NCBI GenBank assembly: GCA_963843325.1
Contig: CAWJKC010000006.1
Location: 199,941 to 263,940 of the forward strand
Source of the DNA: an uncultured Acidobacteriota bacterium
GTDB taxonomy: Bacteria; Acidobacteriota; Thermoanaerobaculia; UBA5066; Gp7-AA6
Direction of reading: 5' to 3'
Length of the DNA stretch: 64,000 nucleotides
Shown here: piece by piece, positions 43,591-57,886 of the stretch
Layout: every line of letters begins with the position of its first letter
How positions within the stretch are numbered: the stretch's first letter is position 1
The notes under the pieces: model-generated
What the model was told of the DNA's origin: nothing
Seen by the model: the letters and a program-made list of their open reading frames with translations, nothing else
Databases searched by the model: none
Program-made: the position numbers and the translations under genes

Positions 43591-44211
43591 GATGGCCTCC
43601 CCGCCCGCAGATCCTCCGAGAACGGATGCCGGAAGAGCTGCTCGATCACGGCGGCGGGAAGCGCGGCCACGTCCGCGCCCATCAGGGCGGAGTCGAGGAC
43701 GTGGATCGGGTTGCGGGCCTCGGAAACGATGATCTGCGACTGGAACCCGTAGTTGTCGTAGACCCGGATGACCTGCTCCACCAGGTCCATCCCGATCGAG
43801 CCCGCATCGTCGAGCGGCCCGACCGCCGCGGCCACGTAGCTGACGTTGGCCTTGGCCGCGATCAGGGCCTGCGCCATCGAATAGCAGCCGGCGGCGCACG
43901 TGGCGATCTGGTCCTGCGCGAAAAGCCGCGCGACCCGCATCCCCTCGGGCCTCAAGGGCAGCCGGACGATGATGTCCTTGCCGAGCTTGGCCAGCTCCCG
44001 GCCCTCCTTGTACATGCCCTTGGGGTCGTCGGAGCCCGTCTCCACGAGCACCGGGACCGTCGGTCAGAGAGGCCAGGTCCCGGACCGCCTTGCGGTAGTC
44101 GACTCCCGCCGCTTCGGCCCCGGAAAGGGACACCCAGGCCCCGTCGAGAAGCCCGAGATCCTTGATCCGCCGCGCGTCTTCGACGCTGGCGCTGTCGAGA
44201 AAAAATCGCAT
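43587..44211 (-). CDS. Transaldolase family 3B / fructose-6-phosphate aldolase-like (one frame break)
   Basis: The N-terminus is [36 protein letters not shown].... After a break near 44050 it continues ...[58 protein letters not shown]...[24 protein letters not shown]. Confidence 0.75.
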
Positions 44212-44245
44212 GAGGGGCGGATTCTATATCCGGCCCGCCCCCTGG

Positions 44246-49376
<5,131 letters not shown>

Positions 49377-49380
<4 letters not shown>

Positions 49381-50502
49381 CGAACTCCCTGTCCCGCGCC
49401 CACGGCGCGCAGGGCGCGGGGCACCGCGACGGCGACCGCGCCGCCCCGCACTTCCAGCACGGCCGCCGCCCGACGCGACCAGCGCGCCGAGGGCGCCGCG
49501 GTCGTCAGGAGCACGGCCGCATTGGACGGCAACGTCTCGAAAAACTCTTCGACGGAAGCCTCCGAGAGGCCCGCGTCGAAATCGTCGGCGCCAAAGAGCG
49601 GGGACTCGCCCGCCGCCTTGGCGACGGCCTTCCATTCCGCCAGCTTCGCCAGCGCCACCGTGCGGGCGATCTCGCCCGAGGACGCCTCGGTCGCGAGCGC
49701 GCGGCCGCGGCGCTTCCAGGTCGAGGTCGTCGCGCTGCGGTCCGGCCAGCGTGTAGCCGCGGCGCCGCTCGAGGGCCGCGACGCGCTCGACGGCCCTGCG
49801 CATCTCTTCGGCCGAACCGTCGCCGCCCGTGTAGGCGGCCTCGATGTCGGCGAAGTCGCCGCCGGCGGTGCGCGCGAGCTGCCGGAAATCGGCTTCCCAG
49901 GCCGCGAGCGCCGCGACGCGGTGGCGGCGCACGGCCGAGCCCGCGATCACGAGCTCCTCCGTCCACGCCTCGAGCTCGCCGGCGCTGCCCGCCGTGCCCG
50001 ACTTCCACCGCGCGAGCAGCGCATTGCGTTCGCGCAGGGCCGCGGAGTAACGGACGAGGTCGTCGCCGGCGGCCGGCTTGAGGCCCAGGACGAGCCGGTC
50101 GAGAAAACGGCGCCGCGCCGACGGGGCTCCCGTGACCAGCTCCTGGTGCTCGGGGGCGAGAAAGACCGCCGGGGCGAGCTGCGAGATCTCCCGGAACCCC
50201 GCGGGTTTTGCGCCCCGCGTGAAGGCGCGCCCCTCTTCGCGCGACCAGCTCACGCCGATGCGCTCGGAGCCGCTGCGGCCCTCGACCGTGCCCTCGATCG
50301 CGAAGCGGCCGCCGTCGCGGGCCATGTCGCCCGAGATCGCGCCGCGGAAGGAGCGCTGACCGCACAGCAGCGACACCGCCTCGAGCAGGTTCGTCTTGCC
50401 CTGCGCGTTCTCTCCCGTGATGAGCGTGACGCCGGCACCGAAGGAGACGGGGTCGGGAGAGAGATTACGGAAGCCCTGGCTGGTGAACTCGAAAAGCTGC
50501 AA
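49377..50502 (-). CDS. recF: DNA replication/repair protein RecF (one frame break)
   Basis: The start is TTG 50502, 17 nt after the dnaN stop. The sequence reads [54 protein letters not shown].... The C-terminus (...SSGE...[12 protein letters not shown]...) follows a break near 49725. The stop overlaps the gyrB ATG (ATGA). Confidence 0.85.
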
Positions 50503-50519
50503 GTGTTCCCTTCGCAGGT

Positions 50520-51632
50520 TCAGAGGCGCATCGGCATGACGACGTACGTGTAGCGCGACGCGCCCTCGATGCCGCCCTCCGGCTGACACAGGCACTGCGT
50601 GTTCTCGTCCTTCAACTCGAGGCGGACCTTCTCGGACTCGGACTCGTCGAAAAAATCGAGGAGGTACTGGGCGTTCAATCCGATCGAGAGCGGCTCGCCC
50701 TCGAAGTCGACGTCGAGCGTCTCGGTGCCCTCGCCCAGCTCCTGGCTGGCCGAGGCGACCGTCAGCAGTCCCTTCTCGAAGGACAGCTTCACGCCGCGCG
50801 AACGCTCCGACGAAAACAGCGAGACGCGGCGGATCGCCGCCTGGCAGGCCGCGGCCGGCACCGTCGCCACGCGGTCGTTGGACTTGGAGAGGATCTTCTC
50901 GTAGTCGGGAAAGTTCACGTCGAGCAGGCGCGCGATCAGCTGCCGGCTGCCGACGGTGAAGAGCAGATGATTCTCCGAATGGCGGATCTCGACGCGCGCA
51001 TCCGCGCCGCCGTCCATCTTGAGGATTTCCGCCAGGGCCTTCTTCGGGATCAGGACGTTCGGAAGCGTGGCCTTGGGGTCTTCCTTCGGGAAATCGATGA
51101 GGGCCAGGCGGTGCCCGTCGGTCGCGACGAGCTCGAATTCCTTACCCTTGTCCTTGAGCAGCGCGCCCATGAGCTGGAAGCGGGTCTCCTCCGCGGAAAC
51201 CGCGTACAAAACCTTACGGGTCAATCGCTTCCAGAGGTCCAGGGGGAACGAAATCCCCTTCTTCGCTTCGACCTTCGGCACGGTCGGAAAGTCTTCGGCG
51301 GGCTGCGCCACGAGCCGGAAGCTCGACCTCTGGCAGGTCACTCCCAGGTAGTGGTTTTCCATCAGCTTCAGGTTCACGTCCGCTTCCGGAAGGTTGCGGA
51401 TGAGGTCGAAGAGTTTTCGCGCGGGCACGGTCACGCTGCCCGGACGGACGACCCTCGCTTCCGCCTGGGAGAGCAGCGTCAGGTCGAGATCGGTCGACGT
51501 GAATCCGAGATGTCCATCCGCGGCGCGAAGCAGGATGTTCGAGAGGATCGGAATCGTATTTTTTCTCTCGACGACCCCCTGCATGAGCGTGAGCTCATTC
51601 AGAAAATCCCCGCGCTTGACCGTCAATTCCAT
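50520..51632 (-). CDS. dnaN: DNA polymerase III beta sliding clamp
   Basis: The 370-aa gene is intact. It reads [37 protein letters not shown]...YVVMPMRL. An SD sequence (GAGGTGG) lies upstream. Confidence 0.95.
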   Translation of the reverse strand: MELTVKRGDFLNELTLMQGVVERKNTIPILSNILLRAADGHLGFTSTDLDLTLLSQAEARVVRPGSVTVPARKLFDLIRNLPEADVNLKLMENHYLGVTCQRSSFRLVAQPAEDFPTVPKVEAKKGISFPLDLWKRLTRKVLYAVSAEETRFQLMGALLKDKGKEFELVATDGHRLALIDFPKEDPKATLPNVLIPKKALAEILKMDGGADARVEIRHSENHLLFTVGSRQLIARLLDVNFPDYEKILSKSNDRVATVPAAACQAAIRRVSLFSSERSRGVKLSFEKGLLTVASASQELGEGTETLDVDFEGEPLSIGLNAQYLLDFFDESESEKVRLELKDENTQCLCQPEGGIEGASRYTYVVMPMRL

Positions 51633-51860
51633 GGGAGTTAACCACCTCTAAACAGGAAAAAAAGTCTATCACACTTAGAGGTATTTGTAGGGACGATCAA
51701 GATTCGAAGGCATCGAAAAAACCCAATAAAAACGGGGTCGAAATCGATGGTGCTCCTGTGGACGCTCCGCCGCGTTCTCCACAGGAGCGACCCGGTGAGC
51801 GGTCGTGCGCGGGGGTGCGGAAAACGGCGCGGTGGAAAAGATCGGCGTCGTGCGCGCGCG
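51633..51860. promoter_or_regulatory. dnaA-dnaN intergenic region: candidate oriC segment (AT-rich unwinding tract plus DnaA-box-like sites)
   Basis: An AT-rich tract at about 51645-51745 (AAACAGGAAAAAAAGTCTATCACACTTAGAGGTATTTGTAGG...CATCGAAAAAACCCAATAAAAAC) stands out in a GC-rich genome. It is followed by TGTGGAC (51757-51763), TTCTCCACA (51775-51783) and GGTGGAAAA (51831-51839). Confidence 0.6.
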
Positions 51861-53176
51861 TCAGCGGTACGGCTGGATGAAACCGTCGACGACCCTGCGG
51901 AAATCGGCGTCGTCTTCGATCATCCGCTCGATTTTTTCGACCGAGTGCATGACGGTCGAATGGTGCTTGTCGTTGAAGAGGCGTCCGATCTCCGGGTAGG
52001 AAAGCTCGGTGAGCTTGCGGCAGAGGTACATGGCCACCTGGCGCGGAAACGCCACGGGCTTGGCGTTGGACTTGGCCTTCATGTCCGAGACCCGCAGGCC
52101 GTAGTGGGAGGCCACCGCCTTGAGGATCTCGGAGGGCACGGCCCGCTGCTCCTCGTTGCCGACGATGTCGCGCAGGGTTTCCTTGGCGAGCTCGACGGTC
52201 AGGGGCTTTCCCGTCAGCGAGGAGAAGGCGATGACGCGGTTCAGGCGGCCCTCGAGCTCGCGGACGTTGGACTTGACGGTGCCGGCGATGAACATCGCGA
52301 CGTCGTTCGGAACGTCCGCTTTCTCGGCGGCCGCCTTCTTGCGGATGATCGCGATCTTCATCTCGAGGTCCGGCGGCTGGATGTCGGCGATCAGCCCCCA
52401 CTCGAATCGGGAGCGCAGCCGCTCCTCGAGCGTGGGGATTTCCTTGGGCAGCGCGTCGGAGGTCACGACGATCTGCTTCTGCGCGTCGTGGAGGGCGTTG
52501 AAGGTGTGGAAGAACTCCTCCTGGGTCGAGTCCTTGCCCGCGATGAACTGGATGTCGTCCATCAGCAGCACGTCGAGCTCCCTGTAGCGGCGCTTGAATT
52601 CGTGCATCCGCTCGAAGCGCAGGGCGTTGATGAGATCGTTCAGGAAGCGCTCCGCGGACAGGTAGAGCACCTTGGCGTCCGGATTGCGCCGCTGCACCTC
52701 CTGGGCGATCGCGTGCATCAGGTGCGTCTTGCCGAGGCCGACGCCGCCGTAGAGGAAGAGCGGGTTGTACGAGCGCGACGGCGATTCGGCCACGGCGCGC
52801 GCCGCCGCGTGGGCGAACTGGTTGGAGGAGCCGACGACGAAGCTCTCGAAGGAAAAGCGCGGGTTGGCCGCGATGGCTCCGGGGGCGCTCGGCGGGGGCG
52901 TGACTCGCGGCCGGGGCAGGTCCGGCGGCCCCCGAGTCGAACCGGATGTCGAGCTGTGGATAACCGGCGCGCGGCGGCCTCGGCGGCGAGCAGCGCGCCA
53001 TGGCGCGACTCGATCCAGTCGGCGAAGACCCGGGAGGGGACAGAAACGATCAGAACACCGTTGCCCGCCGAGGGATCGAAGGCCAGCTGCCGGGTCGGCC
53101 CGAACCAGGTGCTGAGCTCTTTCGGATCGAGCTTTTCCTCGATCTGCTTGAGGATGGCGGGCCAGATCTCGGTCAT
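51861..53176 (-). CDS. dnaA: Chromosomal replication initiator DnaA (two frame breaks)
   Basis: The N-terminus MTEIWPAILKQIEEKLDPKELSTWFGPTRQLAF... starts at ATG 53176. The linker is spread over two further frames, with breaks near 52975 and 52928 (the latter at a C5 run). The AAA+ and DNA-binding domains follow: ...FESFVVGSSNQFAHAAA...LFLYGGVGLGKTHLMHAI...LLMDDIQFIAGK...VAFPRQVAMYLCRKLT..SYPEIGRLFN.KHHSTVMHS. Confidence 0.95.
52955..52963 (-). promoter_or_regulatory. Perfect consensus DnaA box (TTATCCACA) inside the dnaA coding sequence
   Basis: The plus strand reads TGTGGATAA at 52955-52963, which is TTATCCACA on the minus strand. It encodes part of the DnaA linker (..GYPQL..). Confidence 0.6.
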
Positions 53177-53188
53177 TGAAAAGGCCGG

Positions 53189-53219
53189 ATTTCCACAAGA
53201 TTTCCACAGCTGTGGAAGG
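53189..53219. promoter_or_regulatory. Cluster of three DnaA boxes upstream of dnaA
   Basis: The boxes are ATTTCCACA (53189-53197), ATTTCCACA (53200-53208) and an inverted TGTGGAAGG (53211-53219). They lie 13-43 nt upstream of the dnaA ATG. On the minus strand they are downstream of a TATACT -10-like hexamer (reverse complement of 53244-53249). Confidence 0.7.
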
Positions 53220-53326
53220 TCCCGTTTCGGTCCGGGGCCGGGGAGTATATGCGAGTTCCAGGCGGCCGGAAGCCCACTTTTCTGCCCCTTTTCGAAGCGG
53301 TCCCGGGTCGGGGTCGGGTTTCTCCC

Positions 53327-53355
53327 TTGACATCCCACCTTCCCGCACCTAGGAT
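53327..53355 (+). promoter_or_regulatory. Sigma-70-type promoter candidate for rpmH-rnpA-yidD-yidC
   Basis: TTGACA (53327-53332), a 17-nt spacer and TAGGAT (53350-53355) lie 12 nt upstream of the rpmH ATG. Confidence 0.5.
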
Positions 53356-53367
53356 TCCCCCTCTTTT

Positions 53368-53502
53368 ATGAAGCGCACCTACCAGCCCAACAACCGCCGC
53401 CGTCGGCGCACGCACGGCTTCCTCGTCCGGATGCGGACCCGCTCCGGCCGTGCCGTCATCTCGGCCCGCCGTCGCAAGGGGCGCAAAAGACTCACGGTGT
53501 GA
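53368..53502 (+). CDS. rpmH: 50S ribosomal protein L34
   Basis: My own translation gives [44 protein letters not shown] (44 aa). It is too short for the ORF track. Confidence 0.95.
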   Translation: MKRTYQPNNRRRRRTHGFLVRMRTRSGRAVISARRRKGRKRLTV

Positions 53503-53882
53503 ATTCGGGCCCGGTCGTCCCCGAGACCTTCTCCCGGGACGACCGCCTCCGCAAACGCAGGGAATTCGAAGAGTGCTACGCCTCCGGGGTGCGCGTTTCC
53601 GGAAAACACATCCAGGTCTTCCTCCTCGCCGACCTCGGCGTCCCCGCGCGCACGCGCCTGGGGATCTCGGTTCCGCGCCGCGTGGGAGTCGCCGTGCAGC
53701 GCAACCGCGTGCGGAGGCGACTCCGGGAAATCTTCCGACGCACGCGCAGCCTCTTCGGGGACAACCGGCTGCGGGTCGTCGTCAACGCTCGACCCTCGGC
53801 GGCCCTGGCGTCCTTCGAGGAGCTCTCGGAGGACTACGCCGCGGGCGTCACGCGGGCGCTGTCGCGGCTGCCGCGGCGATGA
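53499..53882 (+). CDS. rnpA: Ribonuclease P protein component
   Basis: GTG at 53499 overlaps the rpmH stop. The sequence reads ...[28 protein letters not shown]...[26 protein letters not shown]... Confidence 0.9.
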   Translation: MNSGPVVPETFSRDDRLRKRREFEECYASGVRVSGKHIQVFLLADLGVPARTRLGISVPRRVGVAVQRNRVRRRLREIFRRTRSLFGDNRLRVVVNARPSAALASFEELSEDYAAGVTRALSRLPRR

Positions 53883-54097
53883 ACGCGGGCGCGCGCTGCG
53901 CCGTCGCGGTCCTCGACTTCTACAAGCGCTTTCTCTCGCCGCTGCTGCCGCGCGCCTGTCGGTTCGAGCCGACGTGCTCGGTCTACGCGCGGGAGGCGAT
54001 CACCCGCCACGGCCTCGGCCGCGGTGCCTGGCTCGCCGCCCGCCGCATCCTGCGCTGCAACCCGTTCCATCGGGGCGGCCTCGACCCCGTTCCCTGA
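53879..54097 (+). CDS. yidD: Membrane protein insertion efficiency factor YidD
   Basis: ATG at 53879 overlaps the rnpA stop (ATGA). The sequence reads ...[62 protein letters not shown]. Confidence 0.9.
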   Translation: MNAGARCAVAVLDFYKRFLSPLLPRACRFEPTCSVYAREAITRHGLGRGAWLAARRILRCNPFHRGGLDPVP

Positions 54098-54114
54098 AAG
54101 AGACATAACCCAAG

Positions 54115-55764
54115 ATGGAAAAACGCCTTCTCGTCGCCGCCGGACTCTCGCTGCTCGTCCTGTTGACCTGGGAGTGGATCGTCCCCAAGCCGCCCAAGCG
54201 CGTCGCGCCCCTGGTCGAAACGCCCGCGGCGGCTGGCGCCCCGACGCCGGCTGCGGGCGGCGAGACACCGGGGACGACGGGCGCGACGGCCGCTCCCGTG
54301 GCGGCCGCCCTGCCGGCCGCCGCCAGCGCCGAAGCCGAGACTCTGACGACCGTTTCCAACGGCGTCTTCAAGGCCACGTTCTCCAACCGCGGAGCGGTGC
54401 TCTCGTCCTTCGTCCTGACCGGACATTTCGACGAACAGAAGCAGCCGCTCGAGCTGCTGCGCAAGCTGCCGCCGGAATTTCCCAGACCGCTCGGCCTCGA
54501 CTTCGGTTCGGACGCTGCCACGACGAAAAGGATCGCCCAGGCGCTCTTCGTCGTCGAGCGCGAATCGGACCGCGTCGTGCGCTGGCGCTACGCGGATTCC
54601 TCGATCGCCGTCGTCAAGGAGATCCGCGTCGGGGAGGGCTACCTCTTCGACGTCAAGGTCACCGTCACGGGACCCGCCTACAGCGTGCTCGCGGGCCCCG
54701 GCCTGCGCAATCCGACCGAGGCCGAGCGCGGCTCGCGCTACGTCATGGCGGCCACCGCCGTCGGCGCGACCGTCGAGGGGATGAAGACCGTGTCGGCCGA
54801 GAAGGCCTCGGACAAGAACGTCTGGGCGATCCCGGCCAAGGGGTTTGCCGGAATCGAGGACAACTACTTCCTCGAGGTCCTCGTGCCGAACGCGCCGAGC
54901 ACGGCGCGCCTCTTCACGTTCTCTCTGCCGCGCCCGGAGGGCAAGCCCTCGGCGGAGATCGCGACGGGCGTCGGCGCCCAGGGGACCTTCGAGGGGTCGG
55001 CCTACTTCGGCCCGAAGGACGTGACGATTCTCGAGAGCTACAACCTCGGCCTGCAGCGCACGGTCGACTTCGGCTGGTACGGGATCCTCGCGCGGCCGCT
55101 GCTGTGGCTGCTCAAGAAGACGCAGGGCTACGTCGGCAACTGGGGCATCGCGATCCTCGTCGTGACGTTCCTGATCCGGCTCCTGCTCTTCCCGCTGACG
55201 GCCAAGAGCTACGTGTCGATGAAGAAGATGCAGAAGCTCGCGCCGAAGATGAACGCGATCCGCGACAAGTACAAGAAGGCCAAGTCCGACGCGGCGCAGC
55301 GCCAGAAGATGAACGAGGAGCTGATGAAGCTCTACCAGTCGGAGGGCTACAACCCGATGAGCGGGTGCCTGCCGATCGTGCTGCAGCTGCCGATCCTCGT
55401 GGCGTTCTACAACGTGCTCTCGCGCTCGATCGAGCTGCGCCACGCGCCCTTCTACCTCTGGATCAAGGACCTCTCGGCGATCGACGGGACCTACGTCCTC
55501 GTCATCCTGATGATCATTTCGATGTACGTCCAGCAGGCGATGACGCCCTCGACGATGGACCCGGCGCAGAAGAAGGTCTTCATGTTCATGCCGGTCCTCT
55601 GGGGTTTCTTCCTGAAGGACATGCCGTCCGGACTCGTGCTGTACTGGCTGTTCTCGAATCTGCTGACGATCGTGCAACAGCTCGTGATGAACCGAATCGT
55701 GAAGGAGGACGACCCAGCTCCGCCGCGCAAGGGCGCCAAAGCGCTCAAGCAGGCGCGGGCCTGA
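54115..55764 (+). CDS. yidC: Membrane protein insertase YidC
   Basis: The 549-aa gene is intact. It has an N-terminal anchor, a periplasmic domain, and then ...GNWGIAILVVTFLIRLLLFPLTAKSYVSMKKMQKLAPKMNAIRDKYK...YNPMSGCLPIVLQLPILVAFY.... Confidence 0.95.
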   Translation: MEKRLLVAAGLSLLVLLTWEWIVPKPPKRVAPLVETPAAAGAPTPAAGGETPGTTGATAAPVAAALPAAASAEAETLTTVSNGVFKATFSNRGAVLSSFVLTGHFDEQKQPLELLRKLPPEFPRPLGLDFGSDAATTKRIAQALFVVERESDRVVRWRYADSSIAVVKEIRVGEGYLFDVKVTVTGPAYSVLAGPGLRNPTEAERGSRYVMAATAVGATVEGMKTVSAEKASDKNVWAIPAKGFAGIEDNYFLEVLVPNAPSTARLFTFSLPRPEGKPSAEIATGVGAQGTFEGSAYFGPKDVTILESYNLGLQRTVDFGWYGILARPLLWLLKKTQGYVGNWGIAILVVTFLIRLLLFPLTAKSYVSMKKMQKLAPKMNAIRDKYKKAKSDAAQRQKMNEELMKLYQSEGYNPMSGCLPIVLQLPILVAFYNVLSRSIELRHAPFYLWIKDLSAIDGTYVLVILMIISMYVQQAMTPSTMDPAQKKVFMFMPVLWGFFLKDMPSGLVLYWLFSNLLTIVQQLVMNRIVKEDDPAPPRKGAKALKQARA

Positions 55765-55781
55765 GGTCGAAGAGATAAGAG

Positions 55782-56492
55782 ATGCGATACGAAGCCAAGA
55801 CCGAGCAGGATGCCGTCGAGGGCGCCGCCAAGGCGCTCGGCAGGCGGGCGGAGGATCTGAAGTACACCGTGATCCGGGACGAGAAGGCCTTCTGGGGAGG
55901 GCGCGTCGTCGAGATCGAGGTGGAGGATGGGGCAGGCGCGGGCCGCGCGCCGAACGTGGAGGCCGAGCCCGAGCCCGTGGCCGCTGCGGCGCCCGCGGTC
56001 GTCGAGGCGGCGCCGGCAGTGGCCGAGGCCACGGACGCCGAGGCGCTGGCGATGGTCGAGGCGACGCTGACCGAGCTGCTCTCGGCGGCCGGCCTGCTCG
56101 TCGAAACCCGCCGCAAGCAAGCCACCGGCGACGAAATGCTCTTCGAGCTCTTCGGCGACGACGTCGAGCCGCTGCTCGCGAACAAGGGCGAGGGCCTGAC
56201 CGGGCTCGAGGTCCTCGTGGGCCGCATCGCGTCCAAGCGCGCCGGGCGCCCCGTGCACCCGCGGCTGGACGCCGAAGGATTCCGCGCCAACCGCCAGGAG
56301 GCGCTCGAGGAGCTCGCGCAGACTTCCGCCGAAGAGGTTCGCCGCACGCGGCGGCCGGCGCTGCTGCCCCCGCTCGCGCCGTGGGAGCGACGCCTGGTGC
56401 ACCTGGCGCTCTCGGAGGATCCCGAGCTCGAGACCGAAAGCGAAGGCGACGGCTTCCTGAAACGCGTGGAGGTTCGACTCAAGAGAGCGTAG
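55782..56492 (+). CDS. jag: Jag/KhpB-type RNA-binding protein (Jag_N, KH, R3H)
   Basis: The sequence reads MRYEAKTEQDAVEGAAKALGRRAEDLKYTVI...PLAPWERRLVHLALSEDPELETESEGDGFLKRVEV. It occupies the canonical position after yidC. Confidence 0.85.
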   Translation: MRYEAKTEQDAVEGAAKALGRRAEDLKYTVIRDEKAFWGGRVVEIEVEDGAGAGRAPNVEAEPEPVAAAAPAVVEAAPAVAEATDAEALAMVEATLTELLSAAGLLVETRRKQATGDEMLFELFGDDVEPLLANKGEGLTGLEVLVGRIASKRAGRPVHPRLDAEGFRANRQEALEELAQTSAEEVRRTRRPALLPPLAPWERRLVHLALSEDPELETESEGDGFLKRVEVRLKRA

Positions 56493-56496
56493 AGGA

Positions 56497-57861
56497 ATGC
56501 GCTCCTCGGACGCGTTCCTCGACACGATCGTCGCCCTCGCGACCCCGGCCGGGCGCTCGGCCCTGGCGCTCGTGCGTCTGTCCGGAGCGGGCGCCCGCGG
56601 CATTCTCGCGGCGCTCGCGCCGCGGCTTTCGGATCCGGCGGCGCGGCCGCGCGAGGGCCGCCTGGCGCAGTTCTGCGACGCCTCCGGGGCCGCGATCGAC
56701 ACCGGCGTCGCGACGTTCCTGCCGGGCCCGGACACGGCGACCGGAGAGGACGTCGCCGAGATCTCGGTGCACGGAAGCCCCGTCGCCGTGGAGCGGCTGA
56801 TTGCCGCGGCGGTTGCCGCCGGCGCCCGGCCGGCGCGGCCGGGGGAGTTCACCGAGCGCGCGTTTCGCTCGGGCAAGCTCGACCTGGTGCGGGCCGAAGC
56901 CGTCCGCGACCTGATCGAGGCCCGGACTCCCGCCGCGGCGCTCGCCTCGGCGCGGCGCCTGGCCGGCGGCCTCTCGCAGCGGATCGAAGCCGTGCGCCAG
57001 GATCTGCTCGGGGCGTCCGTGGCGCTGACGGGCGCGATCGATTTTTCCGAGGACGTGGGCGAAGCCATCCCGCCCGCCGCGCGCGAAGGCCTCGAGCGCG
57101 CCGGCGCCGCCCTTGCCGCGCTCGCGGCGACGGCCCGAACGGGAAGACTGCTCACCCACGGGTGCCGCGTGGCAATCCTGGGCCGGCCCAACGCGGGCAA
57201 GTCGACGCTCTTCAACGCGCTCGTCGGCGCCGAGCGCGCCATCGTGACGGAGATCCCCGGCACGACGCGCGACACGCTCGAGGCGACGATCGATCTGGAC
57301 GGCGTGCCCGTGACGCTGGTCGATACGGCGGGCCTGCGCGAAACGGGGGACACCGTCGAGGTGATCGGCGTCGGCCGTGCGCGCGCGGAGGCGGAGCGCG
57401 CCGATGCCATCGTCTACGTGTTCGACGCCGCAGCGGGACTCGGCGCCGACGATGCGCGGGAGCTCGCGGGCGTGGGCGACACGCCGCGGATCCTGGTCGC
57501 GAACAAGTCGGATCTGCGCGCGGCGGACGCCGCGCCGTTGCCGGCCGAGGCGAGGCCGCTGTGCGGCCTGCGGCCCGAAGCGGGAGCCGCCCTGCGCGCG
57601 CTGCTCGCGGAGGCGATCGCCGCGGGCGTCTCGACCGACGCGACCTCCGAGGTTCTCGGTTCGATGCGCCAGGCGGATCTCGTCGCGCGGGCGGCCGCGT
57701 CGACGGGCGCAACGCTCGAGGCGCTCGGCCGCGGCGAGTCCCCCGAATACGCCGCGGCGCACTGCCACGCGGCCCTCGACGCGCTCGCGGATCTCGTCGG
57801 CGAGACGACGTCCGACGACGTGCTCGATCGCCTGTTCTCGACCTTCTGTATCGGAAAGTGA
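56497..57861 (+). CDS. mnmE: tRNA modification GTPase MnmE
   Basis: The 454-aa gene is intact. It reads ...DTIVALATPAGRSALALVRLSG...VAILGRPNAGKSTLFNAL...DTAGLRET... and ends in the C-terminal FCIGK motif. Confidence 0.95.
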   Translation: MRSSDAFLDTIVALATPAGRSALALVRLSGAGARGILAALAPRLSDPAARPREGRLAQFCDASGAAIDTGVATFLPGPDTATGEDVAEISVHGSPVAVERLIAAAVAAGARPARPGEFTERAFRSGKLDLVRAEAVRDLIEARTPAAALASARRLAGGLSQRIEAVRQDLLGASVALTGAIDFSEDVGEAIPPAAREGLERAGAALAALAATARTGRLLTHGCRVAILGRPNAGKSTLFNALVGAERAIVTEIPGTTRDTLEATIDLDGVPVTLVDTAGLRETGDTVEVIGVGRARAEAERADAIVYVFDAAAGLGADDARELAGVGDTPRILVANKSDLRAADAAPLPAEARPLCGLRPEAGAALRALLAEAIAAGVSTDATSEVLGSMRQADLVARAAASTGATLEALGRGESPEYAAAHCHAALDALADLVGETTSDDVLDRLFSTFCIGK

Positions 57862-57886
57862 GCGGCGCGGCGGCGGCCGCAATTGC

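Noticed and set aside
51645-51745. DnaA-trio repeats in the AT-rich tract of the dnaA-dnaN spacer.
   Set aside because: I could not see a convincing run of three or more phased trinucleotide repeats next to a DnaA box. Only isolated TAG and GAT triplets are present.
53983-55677. A 564-aa ORF antisense to yidC. There are many similar long ORFs, for example 34340..36850 (836 aa), 21268..23235 (655 aa), 55491..57410 (639 aa), 14818..16446, 17017..18516, 6037..7368, 1740..2774 and 3649..5226.
   Set aside because: These are shadow ORFs typical of high-GC DNA. Their translations are Arg/Ala/Gly/Pro/Asp-rich low-complexity strings with no recognisable motifs. Each overlaps a strongly conserved gene on the other strand or in another frame.
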